64,000 nucleotides of DNA from Callorhinchus milii (taxonomy: Eukaryota): positions 133,550,001 to 133,614,000 of the forward strand of contig NW_024704742.1 of NCBI RefSeq assembly GCF_018977255.1, given 5' to 3'. Positions 63,548-64,000 of the stretch are shown here, one piece after another. The first letter of the stretch is position 1; each line of letters begins with the position of its first letter. The notes beneath the pieces were generated by a model. That model saw only the letters and a program-made list of their open reading frames with translations. It made no database searches and had not been told where the DNA came from. The translations under genes were made by a program, and so were the position numbers.

Positions 63548-64000
63548 GCCTCAGCTTAGTATCTCATCTAAAGGGCAGCACCTCGGACAATGCAGGACAT
63601 CCCAAGCACTGCAGTGGAGTGTTAGCATGGACTATACAGGTACCAAGTCCCAGTGTAGAGCTTGAACCCATAACCTTCAGATTCAGAGATGAGAGTGCTA
63701 CCAATGCTGAGAAAAATCTAGGTGGAATTACACCCTCATCCCCTCCCTTCACTGGCGATTTGTATGATTATATAAATGTCTTTGGTTTATTTCACTGGAT
63801 TCCTGTAACAAACAGTGAGATCTGTTGCGGGGGAAACAGCATTTGTAGAGGGAATAAACTCAACGCTGCTTTTCAAGCTGTGCATTCAGAATCAACATTG
63901 GTCAGTCCCACCTCAGCAGTGGGTCCCTGGTTCGTGCTTGCAGTGAAGTGAGTCTTGTATGTAATTACAAAGTGTTAGAAGATGTCGACATTCTTCTGTT

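Noticed and set aside
36854..64000. Next ADAMTS exon (furin site and VETLVVAD motif)
   Set aside because: No such peptide found in the ORF track or by eye; probably downstream of the window.

Overview
Eukaryotic, vertebrate DNA; the repeat content points to a cartilaginous fish, probably a holocephalan such as Callorhinchus (inference). The window lies inside a large + strand ADAMTS metalloprotease gene, best matching ADAMTS12. Two prodomain exons are visible (2540-2898 and 36679-36853), separated by a 33.8-kb intron; the catalytic-domain exon was not found and probably lies downstream. The rest is intron packed with repeats: more than 25 copies of a tRNA-Ala/Deu-domain/L2-tail SINE, older DeuSINEs, L2 and CR1 LINE fragments, an unclassified repeat and microsatellites. 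Most interesting: (1) three small palindromic Penelope-like insertions with 12-13 bp target-site duplications, one with a near-intact minimal hammerhead ribozyme; (2) a non-autonomous Helitron hosting one of them; (3) a SINE/L2 partnership with a covarying 3' stem-loop and apparent tail updating; (4) a possible nested antisense spliced gene near 28.4-29.4 kb next to an RFX X-box; (5) old intra-intron duplications. No CRISPR, rRNA or genuine tRNA gene is supported. Repeat boundaries are approximate (about 10-30 bp) unless a TSD is quoted.
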